A stretch of DNA of 63,708 nucleotides, filler included, from Folioceros fuciformis (lineage: Eukaryota), in NCBI GenBank assembly GCA_049999805.1. It is 18 parts of 18 records of this genome, joined end to end, with 100 filler letters (N's around TTAATTAATTAA, not from the genome) between each part and the next. Parts side by side here need not be neighbours in the genome. Positions count along the whole stretch, not along the records: positions 24,267 to 28,580 come from JBNGIO010006897.1; positions 28,681 to 31,423 come from JBNGIO010006898.1; positions 31,524 to 34,372 come from JBNGIO010006899.1; positions 34,473 to 35,576 come from JBNGIO010006900.1; positions 35,677 to 42,109 come from JBNGIO010006901.1; 13 more parts are not named here. One strand, 5' to 3'. Shown one piece after another: positions 26,214 through 39,033 of the stretch. The notes beneath the pieces are model-generated. The model was given only the letters and a program-made list of their open reading frames with translations, did no database searches and had not been told where the DNA came from. Position 1 is the first letter of the stretch. Each line of letters starts with the position of its first letter. Made by a program: the position numbers and the translations under genes.

Positions 26214-27687
26214 CTACAACCTGGACTGTATAGCGGCCTGCGGCCTGGCCAGGGAAGCCTCAATGGTGCCATGCGGCTCATCTGTAGGCGTGTAGACGTC
26301 GTTCTCAAACTGCGACCACAACAAGCGGCAGGGTCAGATATGCCATTCCTGGTAAACCGCAAGGACACAACCACGGACGTACCTTTAGCCCAATGCCGGG
26401 CATGTGAGTTGGCAGAAAATGCAGGTTGGGCATTTTCAGCTTGATAGATTCTACTTCCGGAAAGCTATGTGGCAGCAAGACAGGAAGGTCAGTTACAAAA
26501 CCTAAGGCAAAAGACATCACTCAAGCACAAGACAACCAGCTCCCCACCTCTTCAGCACAGCTTCACCCATAAGAAACAAGGTGTTCTGCACCGACGGGCT
26601 GTACACTCCCCCAGAAGGGGGACCATAAAACTTGTTCAAAAGCAGCGTCTGCACCGCTGCAAAACTATCATCGTAAGATAGCTTTGGTTTGCAGTTGTAG
26701 CTGCAGGACGGAGGGCACGAACGTCAGTATCCTCCCCATTTTTGACTCCTCCCTCAGGCCAGCCAAGGAAAGACATCAACCTCCATGTGGCAGTGATGGA
26801 CGAAGCTAACATCCGCTCTGTCACGTCTGGGAGGAGCGTGTACTGGTCGTGGATGAAGTTCTCAAATCCTGACTGGGGGAAGCAAGGTAGAAAATTTGAG
26901 AGTGTGTTTACCAAGAAGACAAGGTCGACACCTCAGTACATCGCAACCAAACGCAGTGTACCTGTGTTGTCTTTAGAACGGAGACGTTTTGAAAGCCGGA
27001 TGTCACGCTGAGGTGACCGTTAGCTGTCACAACTTCTGCTGTTCGAATACCTGACCCGAGCCGGAAGCCTGCGAGTCACAAGTCGGACAGACCATCACAA
27101 ATGACACACAATTCGGACCCCGTCAAAATTCTGAGTTCAAAGCTCACCATGGTCATGCTGCTGGCCATTTTCCTGAACACGTTGCCAGGGTTTCTCGGTC
27201 AGGGAAATCTTCGCTCCTGTCACCTGCCACGCCAACACACGAATTCAGCACACAAAACCATTGAACAAAGAGCACGTTTCGACAGGAAACCGGACAGTTC
27301 GCACCACCTCATCGTAAACGGAAACGAAGTGTTGGGCTGCAACTATGCCGAAGTCTTCCAGAGACAAAGGCTGATTGCACTGCTTGGCAAGCCAGTAGAT
27401 CTGCACGGCAGCTGGAAAATGTTGGCGAAAAGATAGAATGCAAGTTGGCAATTTCCGCTAGGTGCGATTTCCAAAGCTGGAGCCGGTACCGTGTTTTTGA
27501 TGGTGTCAGTGGCCACAATAGCAGAGTTGTCGCCAATAGTGAAGGCGTCATCGCAGACAGACGTGAGCGACACGTCCACACTCCACTCCACAAATACTTG
27601 CCGCGGGCCCTGTCGCCAGACGCGGCCGACGCGGACCCGGGACTTCCCATGCTGATGCAGCAGGCTCCACTGAAGTTCTGCCGCCAT
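26214..27687 (-). CDS. UOX: Uricase (urate oxidase), peroxisomal, multi-exon
   Basis: HGKSRVRVGRVWR, GDNSAIVATDTIKNT, VLKTTQSGFENF, MPNLHFLP; last exon FENDVYTPTDEPHGTIEASL...QSRL* ends in a PTS1 signal (SRL). Confidence 0.97.
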
Positions 27688-27792
27688 GCTTCCTTGTTCC
27701 CGGGGAGACTGAAGTCCTCGCCTGTTTAGGGTTGTTGTGCACTAAGGTTACACATACAGTCAGTACAGTCCTCATTGCTGGGACGCGGCGCC
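27688..27792. promoter_or_regulatory. 105-bp divergent spacer between the uricase and CPSF73-I start codons (candidate bidirectional promoter)
   Basis: ATGs at 27687 (minus) and 27793 (plus). Contains a telo-box-like TTTAGGGTT at 27725-27733. Confidence 0.7.
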
Positions 27793-30430
27793 ATGGCCAC
27801 AGCGAAGCGCAAAGATTTTTCGGCACCCGACGAGGGTGATAAGTTGGAAGTCACGCCTCTCGGCGCAGGGAATGAAGTCGGTCGATCATGCGTGTACATG
27901 ACATACAAGGGGAAGACTGTTCTGGTGATCACAGCTTATTGACCACCTTCTTAGTCTTTTCATCCCTGTGCCATGCTTGGAAATCCTCACTCTGGCAACG
28001 CTTGGTCTATTGGATGTTGCAGTTCGACTGCGGGATTCATCCAGCCTATTCGGGAATGGCTGCCTTGCCTTACTTTGATGAAATTGATATATCCACAGTC
28101 GATGTCCTTCTCATCACTCAGTGAGACCTCGCGGATTGATTTTGTCTCGCAATCTCTCTTTGCTTGGGTGGGGTGACTGATGGACGCCCTGACTTGATCG
28201 ATTGTCCTACCTAACGGATATGTCTTTGCGTGCAGTTTCCACCTGGATCATTGTGCTTCTCTGCCCTATTTTTTAGAAAAGGTATTGGCTTCTTATGTTG
28301 ATTCACGTTTAGGTGGTATGCAAATGCTGATGACCAGGTTCTGCGGTGTGAAATATGCGAAGAATTCATCGGTCCGTTTTGACATTTTCCAGACCACGTT
28401 CAGGGGAAGAGTATTCATGACGCATGCTACCAAAGCGATTTACAAGTTGATGCTCTCGGACTACGTGAAGATCAGTAAGGTCTCCGTTAATGAAATGTTA
28501 TACGATGAGCAGGATATTGTGAACACGATGGAGAAAATTGAGGTGCCACCTTTTAACCTTCTGCGGATGTCCTGTTGGCANNNNNNNNNNNNNNNNNNNN
28601 NNNNNNNNNNNNNNNNNNNNNNNNTTAATTAATTAANNNNNNNNNNNNNNNNNNNNNNNNNNNNNNNNNNNNNNNNNNNNGTGGGGTGGAGGTTTGGAGT
28701 CAGAGATGGGGTCTGATTAGTTGTTTGCCGCTCAGAAGTCAGAACTAAGGAGGTTACTTTTCTGCTGATGGTATCTGATGTTCCACGTCATGGGTGCATC
28801 GCGTTGGGTACAGGTCATTGATTTCCACCAGACCATGGAGGTCAATGGAATTCGCTTCTGGTGCTATACAGCGGGTCATGTGCTTGGTGCTGCAATGTTC
28901 ATGGTGGACATAGCAGGTGTGCGGGTTCTATACACTGGTGACTATTCAAGAGAGGAAGATCGCCATTTGAAAGCAGCTGAGATGCCTCAGTTCTCACCAG
29001 ACGTGTGTATAATCGAATCAACTTATGGAGTTCAGAGTCACCAACCACGGCACGTGAGGGAGAAAAAGTTCACAGATGCAGTGGCACAGGCAGTTAGCCA
29101 GGGTGGTAGAGTTTTGATTCCAGCTTTTGCTCTGGGTCGGGCTCAAGAGTTATTGCTAATTCTGGATGAGTTTTGGGAGGCTCACCCAGAGCTACACAGA
29201 GTACCGATCTTCTATGCTTCTCCGTTGGCTAAAAGGTGTATGGCAGTGTATCAGACTTATATCAATGCCATGAATGACAAGATTAGGAGCCAGTATGAAG
29301 TGGCAAATCCGTTTGATTTCAAGCACATTCAGCCCTTGAAGAGTATTGACCACTTTGAGGATAACGGAGCATGTGTAGTGATGGCCAGTCCTGGTGGGCT
29401 TCAAAGTGGACTTTCTCGCCAGCTTTTTGACCTTTGGTGTCAGGACAAGAAGAATGTGTGTGTTATTCCTGGGTATGTGGTTGAAGGTAGCTTGGCAAAG
29501 ACCATAATCAACGACCCTAAAGAGGTGACGTTAACAAGTGGACTAGTAGTGCCACTGCATATGCGGGTGCAGTACATATCTTTTTCTGCACATGCAGACT
29601 TTGCGCAGACAAGCGGCTTCTTGAGCGAGTTGAGGCCACCTAACATTATTTTGGTTCACGGAGAAGCAAATGAGATGGGCCGGCTGAAATCCAAGCTCTT
29701 ACAGCACGTGTTTCCTGATGGCCAGGTGAAGGTGTTGACCCCAAAGAATTGTCAGACTGTGGAGATGTATTTCAAGGGAGAGAAGACGGCAAAAGCGGTG
29801 GGACGTTTAGCAGAGAAGGTTCCAAAGGAGGGGGAGCCTGTGAGTGGTTTGTTGACAAGGAAGGGGTTCAACTACCAGCTGATGGCACCAGATGACCTGC
29901 ACACCTACACACAACTGTCCACAGGCAGTGTTTTACAAAGGCAGTCCATCCCTTACAAAGGAGCGTTTGCAGTACTGCGGCAACGAGTGCAAAGCATGTT
30001 TGATGGAGTGACGACAGAAAACAGCGGTGGTGGGGTCACGTTGCAGATAAGTGAAAATGTGAAACTGGTTCAGGAGAGTAGTGAGCATGCGGTGATGGAG
30101 TGGGCTTCCGACCCGGTAAGCGACATGATTGCAGATGCGGTGGTTGCCATGATTTTGAACTTAGAGGCCCAGTGTGAGCAGGGGAGCAACTTGGGGGAGC
30201 GAGTAGAGAGAGATGAGATTAGGATAGTGTACTCGCTGTTGCTTTCGTTGTTCGGACCAGATGTTCAGTTGAATGACGAATTGCAGACTCTGACTGTTGG
30301 TGTGGATGGGCTTATCGCAACAATTGACCACGCCAAAAAGGATATCGATTGTGGAGATGAGAACTTGAAAGAGCGGATCAAGGTGGCTCTCCGAAGAGTC
30401 CAAACAGCTCTGTATCCTCTAGATTTGTAG
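27793..30430 (+). CDS. CPSF73-I: Cleavage and polyadenylation specificity factor 73-I (CPSF3)
   Basis: [85 protein letters not shown]. One intron spans the spacer at 28581-28680 and the frame is continuous (EKIE-VIDFHQT). Confidence 0.98.
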
Positions 30431-31353
30431 CACTGCTGCATAGAGAACCAGGTCACATGGATGTTGTCGGCAAGTTTCTAATTCCTGCCTAGTCATGCTG
30501 AAGCATCACAGATGCGGTCCAGACTGAGGTGGTGACAGGAGCTGATTGACACAGTTGAGCACAGCTGGTCTGTGTCAAGTCAGGTCAGTCATGGTCGTCG
30601 TCAGGGCGATCTTAATTATGTTCAAATTTTGGAACCGACCTGTCCAGCCCTCCACAAGAGTAGTATGCATACTCTTGTGTTTCCCGGTACCCTCCTTTAT
30701 GTTGTTGCTCCGGGTGCTGCCATCCCAGCCTTTCACACGGGTAACAGTGCTTCAGGGCATGACTATGTTTTGAAGTGGATGCCATATCAAATGGTCTGGA
30801 CAGGGTAAACGGAGATTGGCTGCAAGCCATGCAACTGCATCAGCTAGTACTTCTGAGGTTACTTTTGATGCCCAGGTGTTTTGTAAATCAACAGAATGTC
30901 CTCACCGGAGGAGTCACCTGCTCAGTTGTTTTGTATGTTTCCAGTATCTCATAGGAAGGGTTTAAAGTACCAAAGCTGTTAACCAACTCGTGGGTAGGCA
31001 ATGACAGATGACAGTGACTGCGACGCCCCCCGTTGACTTTAAATCAAAATTGCTGTGGGGGCAAAGATTACCTGTTCCGAATGAAAAAAGACAGTCTGGT
31101 GACTGTTGCATTATGTTGGGGCGACGTCTACCTAGGGCATTAAGTTCTGGTGGGCACCGCCACAAATTTGGAGCTAGTCCATACTAGCATACGTCCAGAC
31201 CATGACCAGTCTGTTGTTGCTGCAGAATTCTTGAGGCAAAACGGCATGGTTCTGGCACAGAGCCATGCCGGCCTCCATAACAAACTTATCATCCCCACGC
31301 TCCTGACTACAGGATGGTGCACCCATAGCTTACGAATCCTCCCACAGCGTGGA

Positions 31354-31423
31354 TTGATCATTCCTATCAAACCTCGATCGATCATTCCTATCAAATCTCC
31401 ATTGATCATTCCTGTCAAACCCT
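31354..31423. repeat. 24-bp tandem repeat (3 copies) running into a gap
   Basis: t(t/c)gatcattcct(a/g)tcaaa..c... three times. Confidence 0.75.
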
Positions 31424-32216
31424 NNNNNNNNNNNNNNNNNNNNNNNNNNNNNNNNNNNNNNNNNNNNTTAATTAATTAANNNNNNNNNNNNNNNNNNNNN
31501 NNNNNNNNNNNNNNNNNNNNNNNCGTCCAAAGGACGCGCACCTAGCCTGTAGTACATAGTACGTAGTCCGTCCCATTAATGACCCTACAGTTTAGATAGA
31601 TGCTGGTCTCGTAATCGAGGTCCCTACAGTTGAAGCGGGTGGGCTTATATTGGGGTTGCTTCCTACCACGTGATCTGTGTGTATGGTGGAGAGGGGACGA
31701 AACGCAATAAGTTGATAGAATAACTAATCCTTATGAATAGAATAATGATATAGTGCGGTTGCTATAGGAAGGAACATTTTGATATCTCATAGCTTGCTTT
31801 TCACACTCTATAAGTTAAACAGATTAACAAGTTTATTTTAAACTAAATAAACCCGCCACATTAGTTGACAGCATACCCTTCAGCTCCACCTCGTTGAATC
31901 GACCCCAGTTAACATCCTAACTTCATGTTTTCACATGGCTCGGCCTGAGCCTGTCTAGCACTCTCGATTTGTGGCTTGGTCTACCTGAGATTAGAAGTGT
32001 TGAGAAAATACAGTCCGTCTCTTGGTGCTTGCTAACACTGGGTAAGGTAAGGAAGTTACTTCTACATTTTAGGAAATCTTTTTCTACCATGGGTATGCCC
32101 AGCTACATGTTATATCTACGGGCCACCTTGCTTGGCAATGGGCCAAGATGTGCTCTCTTGAGGCTGCTTCCCATCCACTGTCATCAAAAGGAATTCAAGT
32201 TGATACCCCACTTCAG

Positions 32217-33745
32217 TCAGGTTTTTCCACCCTCCTCGTCGTCAGAATCATCTCCCTTATCCCGAAATCGCGGATTTCTCTCCTGCGAAGACTCCAAGCG
32301 TGTGTCAGGGTAAAACCTATTAGGTGGATGATGGTATTCATCAGCTACAGAAAGAAGTGAGGCCTACCAGTCTGTTCTGATGCGCAGCTCGTTTGACACC
32401 GTCAGCGAGCATATGGTCATCACCCCTTTCACGCTTTCGGCTACCTTCTTTCACAAGTGAGTCCGATACGAGACAGGATTACCAGAACAGTCAAACTCAG
32501 CAACAAATCTGACAGACCTGCAGCTGTGGCTTATCGCACAGATATATCGTTCAGCTAAAAACACAAGGGCTGGCGGTATACCTCTTCCATGATGGTGGCC
32601 TCCATGACCACCATGCCCGCCACCAACTGCAAGGTGCAAAACGAGTGTCAAGTGTGACAATCAATTCAGCACATTGAAGCCGTTCCAGAAAAGTCTTAGC
32701 AAAACTAAGTTCCAATTGTGGAGGCCTGTCCAACATTGATTGCCTGAGTAAGATCTTGAATAGGATGGCACTCCAACAGAGCCTCCATAGTCAACAAGCT
32801 GCCGACCCTCTAGTTCCTTCTGCACAATCTTTCCATATCCTCCTCGACGTGTAAACCAGTTAGGGAGCACATCTCAAAAACTGCGCTAGTATACAATTCA
32901 CGAGCAGAATAACAAAATCCCAGACAAAAGCTCCATCAAAACTCATCCTCCTCTTCACTCAATCGTTTTAAGGATATCTGGATCATAATCCGTGCGGTAC
33001 TCGTCCCGGACCTGCAACAACTCAACCACTTCCAATCAGAAAATTTGTTCCAGACTAGTCCAAGGCAAACATCCAGCAATGAAGATCATTCACTCGGGCA
33101 GAAAAAGAGTGGCATCACAAGCAGAACTAACTTGTCCACCACTTCTTCCACGACCCCACTGACGACCCTCTTGGAAACCCCAGTCGAAGTCCACACGTAT
33201 AGGCCGGTCGTCGACAACTGTCCCGCTGATGTATTTCACAGCATCGTCTGCATCCTCTCTCGTGTAGAATCTGTTACACAACTCCACCACGAAACCCATC
33301 GAGGGACCAAATCAGCAGACAGTTACCAAGCAATGATTCCCCAAAGTGTCCTCACTGTGAACCTGACATTTACACAGCAAGCCGGCGACTCCGCAATCCG
33401 AAACTTACAGGACAAAGCAAAAACCACAGGGGGTCTTATTGTTCTTGTCCAAGCCCATGATAATCTTCTTAATTTCTCCTACATGAGAGAAGACCTCGTA
33501 TATTTGCTCCTCTGTTGTGAAGAATGTCAGGTTCCCCACATACACAGTCACGGAAGTCTTGAGAGCTTCATCAAACTCCTCCTGCGATCCTGAGAACCTC
33601 CGATCTCGATACGCAGACAGCTGGTCTTTCTGCCAATCAACCATGAGTCAGTCAAATCCTCACTAACCGCAGCAGCTCTGCACACAGAGACACAACACAC
33701 CTACGGAAAAGAAAATTTCGTGCAAACCTTGAAAAGCCGCGCCAT
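32217..33745 (-). CDS. CBP20: Nuclear cap-binding protein subunit 2 (CBP20), 8 exons
   Basis: [18 protein letters not shown]...[15 protein letters not shown]...[12 protein letters not shown]...[41 protein letters not shown]-terminus [21 protein letters not shown]. Confidence 0.97.
32849..32977 (-). other. U12-type AT-AC intron in CBP20
   Basis: On the minus strand: donor ATATCCTT, branch-like TCCCTAAC about 10 nt before the acceptor, end TTTACAC. Splicing restores DYDPG-RGGYG. Confidence 0.93.
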
Positions 33746-34040
33746 TGCGACCAGCCCTCTCTCACCAGCTCAGCGCGACCCTGGCTGCCTGGTTCACCCT
33801 TGCATGTCCTCTAGCCAAATTGGCATGCCGGTCTTCAATCTGAAACCTCGGTGCCGAAGGCCTCGCAGACGAAACTTTTAGGGTTCCATACTTCGAGCGC
33901 GTTTCAGATCGACTACCAACCTTCACCTGTACATCAACGGCAGATGCGCTGTGGACCAGACCACCACGCACTCGTCTTCCAGCATCATGGAATATTTGTT
34001 TGCCTCGGTCCCGGCTTCCTGGTCCATGTGTTGCTGAGAT

Positions 34041-34372
34041 ATGTGTGGAACGAGCACTATGGGCAAGCCCAACATAATCGCTGGTCTGGTTCCGCAGACA
34101 AGGAGGACGGGAGAGTTCTGGATGGCCTCTTCTGGTGTTGGAGCGCGGACAGGCAGCTCCTTGTTGGCGGGAGAATTCAAACTTTTCCTTTGTTCGGGCG
34201 TGGAGGGTTTTCTGGAGACCCTCTACAGCCAGCTCCTGGTGCGGAGACTAAGTTCTGGATGTGGAGAAGGTGATGGACAAGGCCAAGGGATGGTACACGA
34301 AGATGATTCGTGGCCTGGTTTCTCATGTTTGAATGCCTGGCATGCAGATGGTGTGAGGGATGTGAAAGGGTC
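34041..34372 (+). CDS. Possible 5' end of an unidentified gene divergent from CBP20
   Basis: Open frame running into the gap about 300 bp from the CBP20 ATG. No recognisable domain. Confidence 0.3.
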
Positions 34373-35676
34373 NNNNNNNNNNNNNNNNNNNNNNNNNNNN
34401 NNNNNNNNNNNNNNNNTTAATTAATTAANNNNNNNNNNNNNNNNNNNNNNNNNNNNNNNNNNNNNNNNNNNNAGCACCCTTCTGTAGATATGTTCTCAAC
34501 CCTGTACACTTTGTTATCAACGTAGTCACCTAATCCACACAGTTTGGGCGTAGTCAACCATCCCTTGATCACTTAATCCACACCGAAAGAAGATCCGCCT
34601 CTTCGAAAGATCGCTTCACTCCAAGGTTGATCACCAATGTGCTCCACCACCTGCAAAGTCCGCTTCGCTTAAAGGTTGTTGCTTTGAATAGACAACTCAT
34701 GCACATCCAAGGGTTTATAGAGTATGAATGCAATGTAGGGTTTACAGAGTGAATCCATAGGATTTAGGGTTCATTATACAAGTATTGCATAATCATGTAA
34801 TTACAACCATTCAAAAGAAACTCAAATATAAAATATGTTCATTAATAATTATGATGCTTGAATTGGATAATAAGCTGTGGTGCACTTGAAATGTAAAATA
34901 TTATTATTATTAAGAAACATTAATACCGTGCTCCAAATTAGCCCGCGGCCTGCCACTCCGGCCAGCGCTGCCTCTTTTAGGGCGGCCGGGATCCTCCTTC
35001 AGCACGGGGCTGCATTGGCCCCGCTCGAGGCTCGCGGTCCAATGACGGCCCGGGTGAGGCAGGCCTGCGCTCTGCAACTATGACGAAACGTCGGCTGAGG
35101 TGGGTGGAGAGTGGTGAGGCCGGTGTTCCTGCGTCGTGATGGCAGATACGGCTGGTGTGGATTCTTGGTGCGGGTGATCTCAATACAGTGTTGGCTGTGC
35201 CCACACCGAGTCTGGAGTTCGAGAACCAGCGAAACCTAGGCCAGAGATGCAGTGTCCCCTACGAGAGGGAAGAAGAGGTGCAGCGTCTCTTGTTAGAAAT
35301 CAGAATGTCTGCGTTGCTTGAAAGATGGATCGTCATTCCATTGACATGGTCCGTCCTCTTGGAATCTTTGTAAACAGCCTGAGGGAGCAACACGGTGGCA
35401 AATGGCAAATGCGGCTTCCCTGGGGACAAATGTGACCGTCTTCCCCTCTAACTCAAGCGCCGACGCCACTTGCTCTGCCATGGTCCCCACCTCAGCCTGC
35501 ACAAGCGGCTGGACGAAGAATTTCACATCATATGAGTGTAGGGAAGTCCGATTTGCAAGCTACATCTTTCCTACCTNNNNNNNNNNNNNNNNNNNNNNNN
35601 NNNNNNNNNNNNNNNNNNNNTTAATTAATTAANNNNNNNNNNNNNNNNNNNNNNNNNNNNNNNNNNNNNNNNNNNN

Positions 35677-36954
35677 TGCAGATGGGAGCGTACCGGGGCG
35701 GGGAGAGCACGTTCGCGGTCGTGGGGCTCTCCTCCCGCCGGCTGCACGACGTGGGCAGCCCCTGGTTCCGTTGCGCGTGGGAGGAGCCCGGGGAGCGCCA
35801 GGTGCGCGGGGCGGTCGAGGTTCTCAAGCCGGACTGGGGCATGGGCCAAATCTACACCGTCCTGGTGCTCAATTGCTCCTTCCCGGGCCCCGTCGGGACG
35901 CTCGCCCGGGGAGGCTCTCTGGTCGTTGAAGCCGGCTACGGCAAGTCCGACAGCTTCTCCCCGCCGGAGATTTTCACCGCGCTGGAGGAGGCCTCGGGGG
36001 AGTACAATTCCCGGCTCTATTCCTGGGAGGAGCCCCCCGCGCACGACTTCCTCTTCTGCGGCTCGCCCTTGTTCGGAAGCCCCAACCCGCAGCGGATACG
36101 GGAGTGGGTGGCGTACCACGCGCGCCTCTTCGGCACAAGATCCCTCTTCGTCTTCCACGACGCCGGGGGAATTGACGGTGCAGTCCGGGAGGTGCTCCAG
36201 CCCTGGGAGCAGGTGGGGCTGCTCGTCGTGGAAAATGTGCGCAACCAGGCTCGCTACGACGGGTACTACTACAACCAGTTCCTGGTGCTCAACGACTGCC
36301 TCCACCGCGCACGTTTCTTGGCTCGCTGGGTCTTCTTCTTCGACATCGACGAGTTCCTGGTGCTGGAGCCGGGGGCGACGCTGCTGGAAGTCATGAACGG
36401 CTTCCGTAACTTCACCCAAGTGCTCATCCCACAGCGGCGCATGTCCGACAAGCTCTGTGCGTACGGCACCGATTCCGAGTAAGTTCTGGACAAGGGCGTG
36501 CTGTGTCCGCGAGGAATATGGGGTAATTGCGTTGGGCTTTGCTGATGGTGTGAGCGGGTGTTGCTCTTCTTGTGGCAGCGACCAGGAGCACTGGGCGGAG
36601 GAGAGGCTGGTGTACAAGGCGGTGGTGGCAAGGGAGCTGGAAACCAAGTACGCGGTGCAGCCCGGGAACGTATATGCCACAGGCGTGCATCGCACAGAGC
36701 AGTTTCAGGGACAAAGCACGATTGCTGAGGCGGACAGGTTGCGGTATTACCATTTTCATGGCAGCATCGGCTACAAGGGCCAGGTGTGTCGGGAAGTCCC
36801 TCGCCGGGATCTCACCCACTCCTCTCTCTTCAGGAGCTCGGAAGGCGGTGTTTTCGAGCTCGATGACGGCTTGGCGAGGTCCATTCCCTCCGTTCGAGAG
36901 TTTGAGTTGGCAGCCACAGGACGGCAACCTTTCGTTCCTGGAATCGTGTCGTGA
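35677..36954 (+). CDS. GALS: Galactan beta-1,4-galactosyltransferase (GT92/DUF23), copy 1, 5' truncated; intron 36479-36578
   Basis: QMGAYRGG..TFAVVGLSS, PDWGMGQIYTVLVLNCSF, CGSPLFG, REWVAYH, YYYNQFLVLNDCLHR, FFFDIDE, KYAVQP, YYHFHG. Confidence 0.93.
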
Positions 36955-39033
36955 CAGGGAATGCGTTCCAAATGGGAAAGATCTCAGGAAGGTGCGGCCG
37001 AGAATGGGATCTCCTGCATGTTCTTGGACCGTTGCTGCATGTGATGCCGCATCGGGGGACATGGTTCAGCTTGTGTGATGGTGGGTAGGGTTGGAATGTG
37101 CAGTGCATGACTATACCGTCGAGCCAGCTTTGTCCAGGGCTTCTCAGCCACAGCTCAGAGCAGTTGGTACAAGGATACTGCCTACACGGTAACACGCCAG
37201 TGTGACGGCAATCAGGTCATGGGCTAGACGATGGAACGTACAGTGGGAGCCAGCTCATAATATGTGATCTTCATCTGCGAGCTGGTAAGTAAGTTGGTGA
37301 CAGAGCCACGGGAGTAGCGCTTTTAGTCTTCCATAAACTTCAGCATGAAAGCTTCGGCGTCAGTCTGGAAGTATCCGCTACGCCGTTTTGCGCACCCACA
37401 AGATTCATCGCCTAAGAATCAGGAAGGGACTCTCACTACCTGCACTCTCTCCTTTCCTCTTGTGTGCGCAACGTAGTCCAAGAGCTGTACTTTGATGATG
37501 AGCTCCTCTCCCCCTACCGGATCCTCTGAAGCAGGTTTTCTCAGATGTATTCCGTTAAGACGGACTCTGTAAGCGTCATAAGGGGCTGGATGAGCGCTGT
37601 CCATCACCTGCACAGCCTACCTCCTCCTTGCCCTACACAACCCAGCCATGAGAAACATTGATGTATAAGAACCTACCTCGTTACCAGATCCTCCTCTTGG
37701 TCCTGCACTGGGGTAACACGAGCAAGCATAACAAGCAATCGCGAACTCCCTGTGATCCCTTGTCATCGTGTGAAAGGTGGCCAAGGTGTTGTTGATTCTG
37801 CCGAAGTAACCCCCCTTGAAGAAGACGGTGAAAAGAACGCGCACAGAGACGCACAGCTACGGAAGTGGCAGTCCAGGACGGATGTGGAACAACAGCTCCA
37901 TTTCTAGCTCAAGGCTGCCATACCTCCACGTATGGCTTCTCAGTTGAACTCGAGCTGGGGACGCTCTTCTTGCGCATCTTGAGGCAGCGGTGGAGAGCAT
38001 TGATCTAGTCGGGTGTTGGGTTCCCAAGGTGAAGCCTGTAAAGCTCCAATCTTTTGAGTTCCATGTACCCTGGCAGCCAAAGGCAGGTTGGTGTGTGTGG
38101 CTGAGACGGGTCCCCCACCCTGTCAGGGAAGCTTTGTTATGCAGACACTCCACAAGCCCTTCAACGATGGTAGGGAACTGGTACTGCAGCAGGCAATGCA
38201 TTCACCTTCGCCTTGGCTGCGCAGCAGGCCAGGCGACAACTGAAAACCAAGAGGCCACAGAAGTGGCCAAGGATTGAGTGCTTCCGCCGGCGCAGATGGG
38301 GCAGGGCTCCCCGCAGCACCCGTTGACATGAAGGTCCGCTACTCATCAGTCCTTCAAGACTGTACCGCTGCGCATGTAGCAAACAGATCTTCGTACCTCC
38401 GTTGCACAGGCCAAGACATTCGTGCGTGTGGCACGCAATTCAGTTCACCTGTGACTGAATCTCCAACTTCAGAGTTCGCAATGCTGAAGCCGAAGGGGCC
38501 GACTGGACAGCGGAAGGACATGGTGGACAACGGTACACATCTCTTCCATTCCTCCCCAAAGCTTACACATTTCTAGAAGAAGCGACGATTTCGAGTACCT
38601 GCACACATCCACATTAGCCACTTCCTGTCCAGGAAACCTGACTCATCTTAAGAGGTTGAAAACTACATACGTAGCCCGTGTCCCGTTTCTCCATCCCCAC
38701 CTCGATGGTAGCAGTAGTCGGCCCAGGGAGATTGCGCGACTGTGGGTCCGCCTGTAAAATTAGATCTGAAATCTCAACAAGGAGCCAGGTTTTGCAGATA
38801 TGTGCTTTCTGGCTGGCTGCACATCAGCTTGCCAGCCTGTCCTGTGGGCGATGAGCGAAGCATCCCTCACACTGCCCTCCTGATCGCATTCAGTTTGTGG
38901 CCGGAGCCCATCTGGACCCATTGCGGCTCTGATCCACCTTGGCTTCTCTGGCAAGTTCTCTGCATTAAGGGCTAGGCTACATGAGGGACATTCGATCTTC
39001 AGCTGTAGCACGCGGTTTGTGTGCGCGAGCAGG

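Noticed and set aside
28814-30430. Long terminal exon of CPSF73-I as a retroposition sign
   Set aside because: The 5' introns are retained, and as I recall a large last exon is normal for plant CPSF73-I.
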